Positions 13,890 through 27,200 of a DNA stretch of 64,000 nt are shown here, piece by piece. The notes beneath the pieces are model-generated. The model saw nothing but the letters and a program-made list of their open reading frames with translations. It was not told where the DNA came from and did no database searches. Position numbers and translations under genes: made by a program. Origin of the DNA: Oculina patagonica (Eukaryota). The stretch lies in assembly GCF_052425735.1 (NCBI RefSeq), contig NC_135759.1, positions 30,814,001 through 30,878,000 of the forward strand, in the 5' to 3' direction. How positions within the stretch are numbered: position 1 is the first letter of the stretch; each line of letters starts with the position of its first letter.

Positions 13890-14208
13890 CAGCTAATTCG
13901 AGAAAGGTTGTCGGAAAAAAAGCACAAAAGTGCACGCGATAAGACCGAAAGGTTTTATGGGTAGAAGTAGAACGATGGCGACATGACAGACACGAATTTT
14001 CAAGTTTTCTTTCTCTTCAGACATGTGGAATTAAGGTACGCTGGAAGAAGAATTTTCAAAACTGAAAACACGCGACAGTAAAAGTAAAGCTACAGAAAAA
14101 GGCCTCCTGAAAGAAAAAACAGAAACTTTATGTGCAATAATACAGCCTTGTACCTTGCGTCGCGTGCACTTTTGTGCCTTTTATCGACAACCTTTCTCGA
14201 ATTTGCTG
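13890..14208. mobile_element. Tc1/mariner-type MITE (TA TSD)
   Basis: TA|CAGCTAATTCGAGAAAGGTTGTCG ... CGACAACCTTTCTCGAATTTGCTG|TA; imperfect TIRs of about 50 bp. Confidence 0.75.
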
Positions 14209-14875
14209 TATATAGTAGTAGACGTTGTCAACTCCATTTTATCAGTTGTCAGCAAAGTTTAATATTATTATCATTAATTGGATTAGGATATTTTGTGATA
14301 TCTTACAAAATATTTTAAAATCAAAATGGTGGTCCTCACCGGATTACTGTATTCACAAAAACAAATCTAATCATTGGTTTATTTTTTATTGTACGTTTTT
14401 TATAAAGGGGGGAAATGCAATTTGTTTTCATTTATAAGATTCGCTCATGCATGCATAACCTAAGAGATATCTCTGTTGCTAAGGGAATTACCTCGTTGCT
14501 ATGAACACTTATCCACCCCAACCTCACCCGGTCACCATGAGTCCAATAGTGTATTTTATTACTTGATATTCTAAACAAAACCGCTTACATAAAATCTCTT
14601 ATTCTTAGACGTATCAGCGATGTCACCTATCAAAAGGAAAATAATAATACGTGAACCAGGACTGAAGAAGACAGCTATTGAGAAGAATTAACAATTTGTG
14701 AGCGTCTATAAAAAGTGTATGGAAAAGAAGAAAGCTGAAGAAACGTAGAGTTAAAGCTTAAAAAAAAAACAACAGGTTCATTTACTCAATTCGAACTGTG
14801 CACCCCAGCAGTGTGAATCGTAGTCTCTGGTACAAACATTTTCCATTGGATTCTATCAAGAAGAGACTAGAGAAG

Positions 14876-15952
14876 ATGGTTTTTATGACGAACTTGTGCG
14901 AAGACGTGCAAGCGCCATTCCCTACTTCGGTGGTGACTGCAGTTGTTTCAATGGTGCTCTGTTTTATTACCGTGCCAGGCAATATTCTAATTTGTATCGC
15001 CATTATAAAGGATCCATACCATGAGTTATCTACTTCATTCAACTACTTTGTTCTCCAGTTGGCTTTGAGTGATGTCATCGTAGGTATCTTCACCGAACCT
15101 GCTTTTGTCGTGTGGCATATTCGCGAGGCTCTTAACTATGGTGTCATGGAAACAATATGGATTGTCCACCTTACGTATTTCATCTCATGCACAGCCTCAC
15201 TTCTTAGTCTTTCAGCTCTCACTCTGGATAGACATCTAGAAGTTGTTTCTATCAGAAGGAAACTCTCCTCTTGTGCTGTAGTTCGTATCTCTGGGATGAT
15301 ATGGCTTTTATCGCTGACAATACCTTTTATTTACTTCGCAACCGGATTTTACCTGTTCGCGTTTCTATTCGCCAACACTGCTGTTATTACAACGTTTGTA
15401 ATCGTAACATTTTCGTACTGTCGAATTTATTTCAAACTAAGAGCCCAAGTGGCCAGATGGCGTTCATTTTGTCAGGACCACGTTGCGTCGAAAGCTATGG
15501 CCATGGAAAAGCAAGTAACAAGAGCATTTAACTTGATATTAATGTTCTTTATTTTGTGTTTGATACCATCGTGCATCATGATATACATTATAAATCTATG
15601 TGACAAGTGTGACTGCATATTCATCCACTGGCTGCGAGATCTACAGTTTCTTCTGACGTTGGTCAATTGCTCGATTAACCAGTTCTTATACGCTTGGAGA
15701 ATGCCTAACTTCCGAAAAGCCATAGCTGCTATTATTTGCGGTAAATCAGCAGTTGTGAATCGCTGTGCAATTCCACTATCTCCTATCAAAATAACGATAT
15801 CATGTAATCAGAGGGGCAGAATAGAAACACTGGAGTTTGCATCCCCCAAAAAGTACATGTACATTACCGATACCCCGGATGATACAGGTGACAATAATGA
15901 CAATAACAATATGCAACAACCTCAAAATGCTATTCACATAACGAGTGTATAG
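14876..15952 (+). CDS. Orphan class A GPCR, paralog 3, 358 aa from the first ATG
   Basis: 7TM with GN, LALSD, DRH, CLIP, NQFLY. The ORF-track start at 14798 is GTG; the first in-frame ATG is at 14876 (alternative 14885) and aligns with the paralog N-termini (NLCEDV / NLCDDV / HLCEEI). Confidence 0.92.
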   Translation: MVFMTNLCEDVQAPFPTSVVTAVVSMVLCFITVPGNILICIAIIKDPYHELSTSFNYFVLQLALSDVIVGIFTEPAFVVWHIREALNYGVMETIWIVHLTYFISCTASLLSLSALTLDRHLEVVSIRRKLSSCAVVRISGMIWLLSLTIPFIYFATGFYLFAFLFANTAVITTFVIVTFSYCRIYFKLRAQVARWRSFCQDHVASKAMAMEKQVTRAFNLILMFFILCLIPSCIMIYIINLCDKCDCIFIHWLRDLQFLLTLVNCSINQFLYAWRMPNFRKAIAAIICGKSAVVNRCAIPLSPIKITISCNQRGRIETLEFASPKKYMYITDTPDDTGDNNDNNNMQQPQNAIHITSV

Positions 15953-16079
15953 AACGCTTAAAAATGGTTTTCATTCTGCCAAAGACAGACGAATCATAAC
16001 AAATAGAAGATTAGTCTCTTCCAGTTTTAGACTTAATGGAGACCTCTAAAGGCAGTGCCTCCAACTTACCTCTGTGGTC

Positions 16080-16390
16080 ATACTTACCTGCCTGCCTGCC
16101 TACTTACCTACCACATCTGTCTGCCTCCAACCTCTGCCTGCCTTCCTACCTAACTACCTACCTGCCTGCCTGCCTGCCTACCTACCTAGGTACGCAGGCA
16201 GATGTGGGTAGGTAAGTATACCAACCTCTGCTTGCCTTCCTAACTACCTACCTGCCTACCAACCTACCTATCTACCTATAGCTACCTACCTACCTACCTA
16301 CCTACCTACCTACCTACCTACCTACCTACCTACCTACCTACCTACCTACCTACCTACCTAACCACCCACCCACATACCTACACACCCACC
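16080..16390. repeat. (CCTA)n/(CCTG)n compound microsatellite downstream of GPCR3
   Basis: Pure CCTA run at about 16282-16360 with degenerate flanks. Confidence 0.95.
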
Positions 16391-19300
16391 TTACTACCGA
16401 AGGTAAAGTACAAGATAAATAATATACCTAAATATCGAAAAGGCGTTAAGTAAAGAAAAAAAAAACAACTCTTTATGTTACACCATACCTGCATACAGCT
16501 GTTATAAAAATTACAGTTTTGATAAAATAAAGCACCACACTAGAAAATTCTACTGCAGTACTACGACGCCTTAAAACAAAAAAATTAAGATTTAAACTCC
16601 AGTTTCATGTATTTTTATGATTTACCTGTATGACCTTCCTTACATCAGTTATTTGGCTAACGAGTAGCGGTTGCACCTTAAGGACAGAATTTCTGCTGTC
16701 TGTCCGTGATTGTATACAATATATCTTATTGGTTCTCCAGCACAAACTACATACACTGGAATTGCCAACAGAGAGAAGTTAAGTGAAAACATGATCCTTG
16801 CAGTTGTGTCCCCTTCATACTCAGCATTTCGCAAATTAAGTTAAAACAAGAAAGGAAAAATTACAGCCTTCACAGTAAATCAACGATTGGAAGTCGAACG
16901 AAATTTATTTGGTAAATTGGATTGCAAACAATTTATTGATCCATATACCTTCGATTGTGCTACTATATTCCAATGCAGTTCAACTCAATAGCACCTCGAA
17001 ATATTCTTTGCAGAATTAAAAGTGTTCAGTTTTTTCGTCTTTTTCTTGTAAAATAATGTGATCAATTTACAAAAGCAAAAAGGTGTGGCTATAGAACCAA
17101 CCCATGGCCAGTCACCTGCCAAATCTAGCTGTAACTCAATACTGGGGTTATTAGTTTAAAAATGTGTCTCTAGACATGAAAAAAAAAAAAATACGCAAAA
17201 CACTATTTGTGTCACTGTGTATGCGCATTAAAACTACATATCTATGCTGTAAATTAAACGAATCCTATTATTGGGTTTATTCTGTCAGTAAGATCTTCAA
17301 AGAGGAACATGCTGATGTAAAGCAGTATCTTACTACATCATTACGACAAATAAAATTATATTTTGTTACGCGTAGCACCGCCACATTGGATAACAACAAA
17401 AGATTCTACTGATCTCTTTGTCTTCTCTTTCTCTTCTGATAGAAGAGTCGAGTTTGCTATGGAACATAACGGAAGCGTTTGACCACGGGGAGGCTAGTCT
17501 AGTTTCCAGGTGATTATAAAAGGTAAAGGGGAACCTCAGGAACCTAAAATACGAAGAGAAACTAAGGAAAAACAGGTTTAAAATAATCAAAGTTCTTATC
17601 AGCTGACCTCGACGAAGACCGTCATACATTCAGTTTAGCGTCAAAAGGTTTTATTGAAGAGGGATTTTTTTGTTAACTGGCCACCTTTCATCGTGCAATG
17701 CGTTATTAAACCACCTTGGAAGAAAATTTCTGGAACCTTTTGTTTTTAGAAAGCTTTTGCTACTGTTTTTACACTGTTTTTTAGCTAGCTTTTACATGTA
17801 CGCCGGCAAACCACCATTTTGAGTTCTCGCTGTCTATGTTCACTGCCTCATCCCGGAATCTAAACTGCCCTGAGAGTCCTGATAGCGCCCAATCCATTAT
17901 TAATTTATATCCATGGTGCTTTACAAAAAAATATTAAAAAAGACAAAGAAACGACAATGAGAAAAAAGATAAAAAATAGTTAAAGGTCTTAACATTAAAA
18001 AAGAATTATTACCAAGATAAGAATGAACCGATATTTTTGTTGCACACCAGATCATCCTTTCTTATGTACCTTATCACATCGCCTTATAGTCGAAAAGCAG
18101 AATTTGATCATAATTTGAATCATCGTCACTTAAGATTAAAACGTTTTTGTGGGTGTGTACCAATCTTTTGTATGACCGCCAAAGAAATCTGGTTGTGTTT
18201 AAGAAACGAGCTAACCAGATTTTTATAAATCTTTGGTTCAAAGGGCATCTTGTGGCGTACTTTGTAAATTCCCTTTCATTACACCGTTCTACATTTGCCA
18301 AAATGGTCTCTCTTCTCATACACTAAACAATCTGTTTCTGTAAAGAAACCAAGAGAATTACGTCTTTAAAATTTAATCAGGTGCCTCTATAGCACTGATT
18401 TGGACACAGGAAGAAGAGTAAAAACGGCTCAGTTTCAACCTTCTCAGTTTTTGTGCCTAGGGCCTAGGCCGCCTAGCCCCTAGGAATATTGATCGAACCA
18501 CTTTGTGATGGAAGATATTCTTGTTAACAATAGAATTGTCATCGATCCAATCAGAACAGAGCATTTCGTCATTGCGTCAGCGATCGTCGACCCGCGTCAT
18601 GTAATCTCTGCGTAAGTGGAAAAAGACAGGTGGAAGACGATCCCCAACACTCAGAAGAGGGGAAAGATGGTTCGTACACTGCCAAGATCTACAGAGCTTT
18701 AACCAATAGGACCCGCAGAAGAAGTAATAAGCTGATTGATGGAATTGAAGATTGCCGCGGAGAGCATTGCTTGTGCGGTCTCCGTCTTTCAAGTTTTCGC
18801 TATTTTCTACATTTAATTCTCATTTTTTTTTTCTATATCTCTAAAAAAGTTGTGAACATATTAACTTATTAATAAGATTAAGAAAAAGTTATAGCCGATA
18901 ACGGGGCCGACTTGTGTTTTTACTTTCAGGTGCCGTGTTTTAAAAATATTCAGTACTTCAAAAAGGAAATTGAGTTTTTTTTATTGAAGGTTAAATGGAA
19001 ATGAAATCGTGAGTCGAGTTCAAGGGACGATTAGCATTTCGCTGCTTCACGCTGCTCAACACACTGCTTCACTCGTACTGAGTTACTGACTTCTCCCAAG
19101 GCCACAATCGTTGAGATGCCGCAAATCGCGAAGTTTGGGATTTGTAGTAAATTTTGTGCGATATTTTTCCACGTCCCTCCCGCCGGCGTTGTTATTCTTT
19201 TTTTTTTTTGCTTTTCATCTCAGCTGTCGAGAAAGCCATTTCTGGCGTGTTATCTCACCAGTCCACACTCAGAAGGACGAGTGTAGGTCAACAAGGGCAT

Positions 19301-22300
19301 CAAACCAGCTTCTAACCAAGCAATCCTGTACACGAACAAATATCCGCGCATATTTTAAAGCAAATTAGAGGTACGAGGGAGACTTCCAATTTCTACAATC
19401 ACAAGTGGCTTTCAGCCCTAGGCACACGTACGCATTGCGGACCTATTTTTTTTATTACAAAGAGCACAGCTGGTGATATTAAATAATAATAATAATCTTA
19501 AGGGATATTACGTGTCAAGAGAAAATTTTTTGTTCGAATTTATCGTCATTTTACAAAGCACCCTTTCATAGGTGGATTGTGTTTCGGCGAAACGAATTTA
19601 AATCAAGTTCATATGCAATGCAACGTTATTTTCTAGAAACGTCATTTTGAGTGTCTCTTGATATCACATAGCTACAATCCGAGCCACAATAAGTTGGGAC
19701 GCTTCAAACATTGGCCAACTTCTCTTTCCCATAACCCCTTAACTTGCCCCTCTGCAATGTTGTTCATCACCTCTGTTCATGGAAACCAACAAAACATAGA
19801 AGCTAGGCTAGTTTGACCCTCTGTAGTGATTAGCAATCTTTTGCCAAACAAAAGACAGGAAAACTAAGTTTTTTTCGCTAGCTTTTGCTTTCCCAAGCAG
19901 ACACGTGACGATAGAAAATAATCTCCAAAGGAACTCAAATGAATTGAACAATTTATTCCTATAATGCAATAGACCAACACTGAATAAACATAACCATTTG
20001 TGCATGCATTTCGGCACCTACCAAGCCCTGTTATTGGTCGAATGACTAACCTCTTCTTACCTTTGATACTATCGCAGACGATAACAGAGAAAATCATTAA
20101 GTAGGTTGGGATTTTGTCGATGTAACAAAAAGATTTTCAAAACTAACATGACAAGCAATTTATGTCAAATAATAAAGAGAATGAAGATTTCGAGCGTTAA
20201 TGAAGGGGGTAGCTTTGTAGCTGGCAAGGAAAAAAATATTTCAAGCAGTCACGGTTTCGTCTGGGATTTGCACGAACGAAAAAGAAAAATCAGCCCGGTA
20301 TTTGATACAGTAGGAAGCATATTTAGTTGGATCTAATTGGCATAGCTGCATAGAATATTAGAACAATAAAGAATCACGCATTGTGCTGGATAAACCCCAC
20401 ACATGAAAGTTTGGACGCAAACGCTGGGTCACTAAAAGAAAACGATGTTTATTGAAAGGAAACATTCATTTCTATGTTTTATGCTCTGGAAATTTATTCA
20501 TATATACAAAATAAGCACTTGCTTCCAACATGGGTGAACCGGCTGTGCATCATCACAAAACAATCTGGCTCTTTTTTCTAATTTCCATTAGACTTCTAGA
20601 TATGATCGGTTGTGTTCCGTTCGTCTCTTCGGCGCCTCCTCGGCTGGGGCAGTGGCACCAAAAATCTTCCAGCTGGCTGGCTTAAGCTTGTTTTTGTATC
20701 GTGTTTCGCTGCAAAGCCGGCCGGACATCAGAAAAATTGTAGAGATATATTACTAGCCAGCATGGGGCTTCATGCTATGGCTGAATTCCATAATATTTAG
20801 CATACATGCAACCATTTTTATTCCTCCCAAAAGGCTTACAAAACCGGGAAAAATTTATATCTAAAAAGTTATGTTTGGAAATATCTTTTCTTCGAGAAAC
20901 GTCCAAACCAAGTTTTTAAACCCTTGAAAATAGTTTTGCTTCTGTTATTTCTAGCACTCCTGCAATTGTATTTTCAAAGAAAAAATTTTGGTGAATAATG
21001 TTTCTTCCTTAAAAAGAGAAAAGCCAACCGTCACACTGATCCCAAACATGTCACTTTATTTCAAGGTGATAATTGGAGAGTTATGTAAAACGAGCAAAGG
21101 CCACTGTTATAATATTACCTTCCAAATACCTCTACAAATGAATTTAACTGTTAAAATAGATCGTCTTTCGTCACGAACGCTGAAAATGGTTTAATCCAGA
21201 CAAATATTTCCTGTGGTAAAAAGTGAAGAATTTTGCCGGAGGGAAGATGTGTAGATGTGTCAATTTTGACCGAATTTTCAACTCGGTTAATGGGTCGAGA
21301 GGATACCATTAGACTTCAAAGAAGTTATAGTGGGACATGCCTTAAGCGGCCCTATACTTAGCGGAAACTCTCTATTTAGCGGACGGTGTTTTAAGTTCCC
21401 GGAATTGATCCTGTATAATTACTGTAAATAATACCTCCATTAAGAGAACGTGGGTAGATTAACGTCGCCAAATGTAAGGTACTATCGATATCGACTTGAG
21501 ATCTCTCCAAATCTCCAATTTTTGGACACTACCAAAACGAATTTTGAACAAAACGGGCTTATTAAAAACAATATTCTTATATAGAAGGGTCCAAGATGCA
21601 GAACATGGCTTGCAAATGAAGTCAGGTGTCAAAGCATGCGCGGCTGCAAGTTTTCCTGTTAAAAATGTCTTTGGTTCTTTCTTTGACTTAATTGATCTTT
21701 TTAAAACACGAAATAACTTCAAGGCGGGACAAATGATCTTTAATACCTCTTAAGATATTTTAAACAGTGCCTTCAGTTTATACCTGTACGGTTCGGAGTC
21801 AACGTTCGGTGTTTTGAAATGAGCCGGAAATTGTACATTGATAGACAACAGGCCTTTGTGATTTTGGACCTATTTGAGAGTCTTCGAGATTTTTCGCTCG
21901 TTTAACTAGTCCATAACCCCAGCTTGTTTGATCGAGCACTGTTGATAGTTGAAGAGAGGTGAAGAAAACTCTCAACGGAATTTTAGTCCCCCGACTCTCA
22001 TCGACTGTTTTTCTCTTTGATCCAACCCTTGTGAGACTGACTGGCCCACTTGAAACTACGAGCGCCCCGCTTGTACATAACGATAAAAGGAGAATTTGGA
22101 CGAGCTTTCCACGAGGCTTAGGAGCGAATGCAGTTTAAACTCCTATCAGACAACAGTAGCTCTGACAATTTGGAACATTTATCTCAAAATATTTTTTCTA
22201 TAGCCTGGAGTGGAGGCGTTTCTTGGCGAGCGATCGCTAAATTTGTTCGGTATTTGCGGGGGCAGCCTCAGACCTCAAAAAAACGAGGAAAATAAGACAG

Positions 22301-23131
22301 AATTAAAAATGTACGTCGATCATGTTTAGGAGAAATAATTCTCATCGTTCCTTTGCGACTGCGTCATTTAAACACATTGAAAACTACTCGCTTCTTCGTA
22401 GAGCAGCCTAGCTTTTCTTAAGAAACAAGAGCGACCATGGGTATTCATAAAGATTTGCCTACGTCTAGACCAAGCAATCAGCTTTAATTGCACTTACACT
22501 ATGAGGTATTTTACAAAACAAAGGAAGACACTTTGCGTCGGATTTACGAAAAGACGCACGTGAAATCTTAACATTTTTTCTAATTTGGCTCATTTCTCCA
22601 TTATTACTATTTACACAATACACCCTTGCTATAAGAAAGCTATTAATTGAAAGAGATAACCTCAGCTTTTTTCATCGCCTTATCATTATAGCATCAACGC
22701 AAGAGAACTCCGCGTGGTTTTCGTCACATCGTAAACAACATTTTTCTGCAAAAAGTTACGGATAATAGCATGGCTCCATCATCGGCCTCCAAATACGTTG
22801 TTCACAGGTTCTCGAGCTACTCTGAGTGAAAAAAGTGTTCCAAGCACACTTGCAGAATCGTTTATCTATAACAAAAGCGTGTTAGATCAGCATGTCAGCA
22901 TGATGGAAACTCATTTTAAACTCGTTAACTACTATGGGCCTTCTACTGATAATCATATATCAACTTAATCCGGCCACAAGAAACACAGTGTAAATTATAC
23001 TTCACCCATTTTGTAACATGCATCTGATCCTCTTAAAATTTTAACATATAATCCTAGGCCTGAAGGATACTGACCAATCTAAAACAATACTAAACAATCA
23101 ATAAAGACCTTGGGTGGAAAACGTGCGTTTG

Positions 23132-24253
23132 TCAGTAAGCTTCGGCGAGGTACATACTAAATTCCTCTCTGTCCAAGTCATCGCATAACAGTTCTGTAAA
23201 GTTTTCTAACATAGTCCCTGAATTTCCTCCCCTCATCCGTTCAGTATACTCATCACCTTCCTCATCATCATTTTCTACAGTTTGCGGTTGGGCAAATCTA
23301 CAAGAACTCAATCTCGTTCTGCCGACTATTTTGCGTGGTTGTGTATCTTCTGTGGGTACTGTAGATCCACTATTTCCTGCGGGATGTACCGCACTTTTGA
23401 CAAATGATGAACGAGGTCTATTAGGATAATAATGTTCAGATGATTTTATCTGTCCGGACTGATAAGCACAGGGCGAAAACATCGCATCTTTCCTTCCAGT
23501 TTCGACGGGATAAAACACATGCTCAGGGCTTGCGCCAGATCTGGCATCGTCAAAATCTGCTGTGTTCCGATCTGATGAAAAGCATACGCCGGCTTTGAAT
23601 TGGGCATTATGACGATCAAGGGAAGCTGATCCGATAAAGTGAGATCTGCTGTGTTCCTTTTCCAATCTTGTTGGAGAGTATGCATGGTAATCGTGTTGAT
23701 TGTTAAAAGATTCTCTGAACATACTGTAACTCCAATCTTCAGTTCCTGCAGAGTAATATTGCCCTGCAAGGTCCGTGTACTGAGTTGAGGCAAAATGTCT
23801 CTCTTTGGGACTCGGATCTGGGGTAGGAGGCAGTCCGAACACCTGGCTGCTCATAACAACGTTAGAAATACTGCTGATGAAGGTTGGGTTGATGTATGTC
23901 GAGTTTGTTCGCTGGCCAGGTCGTCTCTCCTGCGAGCGCCTCTTTGGCGTGTAACGGTAATTTGGATGTTCTTTCATGTGACGAATTCGAAGCCTTTCTG
24001 CTTTCTCGACGAAAGGACGCTTTTCCTTCGTAGTTAGCTCATTCCATGCTTTGCCTAACAGCTTGCTGATCTCTGCATTGTGCAGTTTTGGGTTCTCTTC
24101 AGCAAACTTACGTCTCATAATTTTTGCCCATATCATAAATGAATTCATCGGCCTCTTCACATGCGAGTCGTCGTCGTCTTCAAGGTAAGTCGATGGAAGC
24201 ATCTGCGGCTGTACCATGCCAGGCCAATTTGTAGCAAACTCGCTGTGCCACAT
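23132..24253 (-). CDS. Sox-family HMG-box transcription factor, SoxE/SoxF-like, intronless, 373 aa
   Basis: HMG box [14 protein letters not shown]...[14 protein letters not shown]...[28 protein letters not shown]; LPPTPDPSP motif; C-terminal [11 protein letters not shown] resembling the DxxEFxQYL motif of SoxF/E. Confidence 0.93.
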   Translation of the reverse strand: MWHSEFATNWPGMVQPQMLPSTYLEDDDDSHVKRPMNSFMIWAKIMRRKFAEENPKLHNAEISKLLGKAWNELTTKEKRPFVEKAERLRIRHMKEHPNYRYTPKRRSQERRPGQRTNSTYINPTFISSISNVVMSSQVFGLPPTPDPSPKERHFASTQYTDLAGQYYSAGTEDWSYSMFRESFNNQHDYHAYSPTRLEKEHSRSHFIGSASLDRHNAQFKAGVCFSSDRNTADFDDARSGASPEHVFYPVETGRKDAMFSPCAYQSGQIKSSEHYYPNRPRSSFVKSAVHPAGNSGSTVPTEDTQPRKIVGRTRLSSCRFAQPQTVENDDEEGDEYTERMRGGNSGTMLENFTELLCDDLDREEFSMYLAEAY

Positions 24254-27200
24254 TTTCGTTATTGAGATCTGCGATAAACTTTCAACGTATCACTGCAGCT
24301 GCACACATAGAGCTCTTAATTCGAGTGGGATGCTTTTATGTAAGAGGACCGACCATATATAGGACAGGGGTACGGTTTCGTGGCGCGGCGTCTTTGGTAG
24401 GGGGTAACTAAGGCACGAGCTTTGAAGAGGTCTTACTGTTAGGTTGACACCTTCCCATTATCTCCCATAGTGGGAATTTAGCGTTCTAGTTCAGAAACAA
24501 TGTTCAACATGTTTTTTCCAAAATTGCACAATTACGGAATTGACGTTCCATAATGCGGCCTCGAGCTTAAGCTATTGAAAAGCAATAAGCAAAAACAACT
24601 GGGGATTTAGTTTATTTACAATTATGAGACGCTTAAATCTACCATGTGTTTCTTATTGACGAAGCATTTTTTTCGCGTGACCCTAGATTCGGAAACAGGG
24701 ATTGCACCTTTTTCCTGTCTGCACTGTCAACAGGAAATGAAATTTCAACATTGTTGGCTCATTGTCGCACGGATGTTGTTTTGAATTTTTCTTCTGGGCA
24801 ATTTCACTGGTAAACCTCTTTTTCAACTTGACATAAAAATCTTGACCCTTTTTAGCTTAGAGTGGGTGAGAAGTGGATTTAATTGAAGTCTTTGAACGCT
24901 GAACAAACTTTGTTTCCGAGCTCGGTTAAGTGACTACAGTCAGCTGGAATGCAGAGCTTGGCTCAAGTTATGTAGATTAGACACGCAATTTTTATCTTTT
25001 AAACTATCTCGAGATTACTTCTTTTATGCCATAATCAGCAATGATGACACTCTCACGAGAAGCTTAAAACTTGATGGAACATCATTTGGGTGCTGTTTTT
25101 GGTCAAATTTGGAGACAGCAGTGTTATGCCTCTGGATAAACAAAGGATAAACATTAACCGCTATCATAGCGAGTATCTATCGATACTCCACTTGACATGT
25201 GACCTAAATGCTTGGTATCTAACCTTGTCGTTTTCCATTGCAAAAACAAACATCAAATATTATAGACACGTGATCAGTAGGCAAAGAAATCTTACTGGAA
25301 CAATCGCAATATTTGTGATAATTAAAACCTCGTTTTGTCTTATTTTATTGTCTATTTTTATCAAAAAAAAAAGAAAGAAATTAAGTCCGCCATCGGACGC
25401 AAGGTTATCAGGATCAATTGAAAATCCCAACGGAAAGAACCTGAACAGGGCATGAGTTAAAAAAGTCAAGAGCTTTCAAGGTGCAGAAAGGAAATATCCT
25501 GTGGAAGCTAGCTATGGACATCTCGGGTCCCAGGTTAGAACAATACAGTTGAATCATCCCTCCCCAAAGATATGGCCACTTCAGAGAGCTCAAAGAAGAA
25601 AATGATTCATCGTGTAAACCGAACGGGCACAACCAAAAAAATTATGTAGTGTGTCTCAAAACGGAGCTAATAGTACTTCAAACACCTACACGAAATGATT
25701 AATAATATCTCAAAAGAAACATTGTGATTACTAAATATCAACAATTATCGATAATAGACGGACTGGATTAGAGACTAAGGATCACAAGTTCTTGTGGGGT
25801 GAAGTCTGTCATCACTTGACCATCTGCCGGAGGATCAATTTATCACTTGTCATTGTCAAGACTGGGGTAGCGTTCAGAAGATTAGACCGACCATGTGTCT
25901 TGGTTATTGACACTGTCAGTTAGCATCTTCATAAATCTGGGTCAGCGATACAATTTCTTTGGAATTGATACTAGCAAGAGGTGTTACAAATGTTGTAATG
26001 GCGCTCTTGACAACAGAAATGCTTCTACTTTCTATAAAACGCACCACTTTTTAGCACATTTATAGAAGTAAAAATTTTGCAGCAGTATTTTGCTTGCATC
26101 CATTAAAGGTAATGAATAAATTACAAAAGAGAAAATATGGAACGCATCAAGATTTAACCACTTTTGCTACCATACAATTTTTTTCAAGTTTTCTTTCGAT
26201 GTAAATATTTTTAAAAGCCTTAAAATTGATTTCAGTTTTTGGTAATGATAATTTTTGAAATGAGAATTTAATTTCGTAGAAAATAGGGTACATCTTGAAA
26301 GTTGATGCCAACGTTGTCTTCTGAACAAATTTCAGTTATCCCGGGTTTTGTTCAGACTATTTGAATTTGTAAATAGCATAGTTTTAAACTATTTTTATTA
26401 TTGTGCCTCCGGTCATCTACATGAATTCCGAAGTCAAGTTACACCTCTTATCTTTGTTATCAGACTGATTTATCAGTTACACCAAGGCAGAAAGATCGGG
26501 ATCTTGGGTAAAGACATGAAGGAGTGGAAGAAGAAAAACTCTAATAGCCTACTCTTCACAGGGCTTTTCAGTAACTATTTACAATAAAAATTACACTAAT
26601 GAATGAAAACAAATTTAAAAAATGTACAGTAGGTTTTAAGTTAGGTTGAAAATGATCTGAATGAAGTGCATTTACTTTATTGCGCCAGAGGGTAAAAAGA
26701 CCCCGCTTAGACACCTAGCAAATTAAGAACATACGAGATGGATACGGTTAAATTCGTAACACATTTAACGTATTGGGATCGTCTATAACGGACCTCGCAG
26801 ACAAGTCTACGGACCAAAATGCACTGAAGAATAAACTTATCACCGATCTGCAATTGTAAGATGCGGTGTCGTATAAGTACAAAATAGACGATAACTGCTT
26901 CGTAAGTAGAGAAGCCGCAAAAGGTGAAAGTAAAACGTGGGATGATTCAAAATGACTGCTAATGTTTTGTCGTTGTGATCTTGCAAAGTTTAGAGTTACA
27001 AAAAGAGTTGACATATATATATATGTATACTGAAAGTACTTCATTGCCCTGTTTATCTTCATCTCTCGATGACGTATAAATTCAACATCCCCATTGATGA
27101 TCAACTCTGCTTTGGCTTTCCACTGTAAAATTCAGGTTCGCATGTATGCATAGCATGTACATGTACTTTTCACATCAAAGGGTAACTAAGAATCGGATAA

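Noticed and set aside
2314-15789. Alternative-frame and antisense ORFs within the GPCRs (and likewise in Sox, DERA and cystinosin)
   Set aside because: Shadows of the real coding exons.
24353-24363. CArG-like box upstream of the Sox gene
   Set aside because: CCATATATAGG has seven A/T bases, not the six required.
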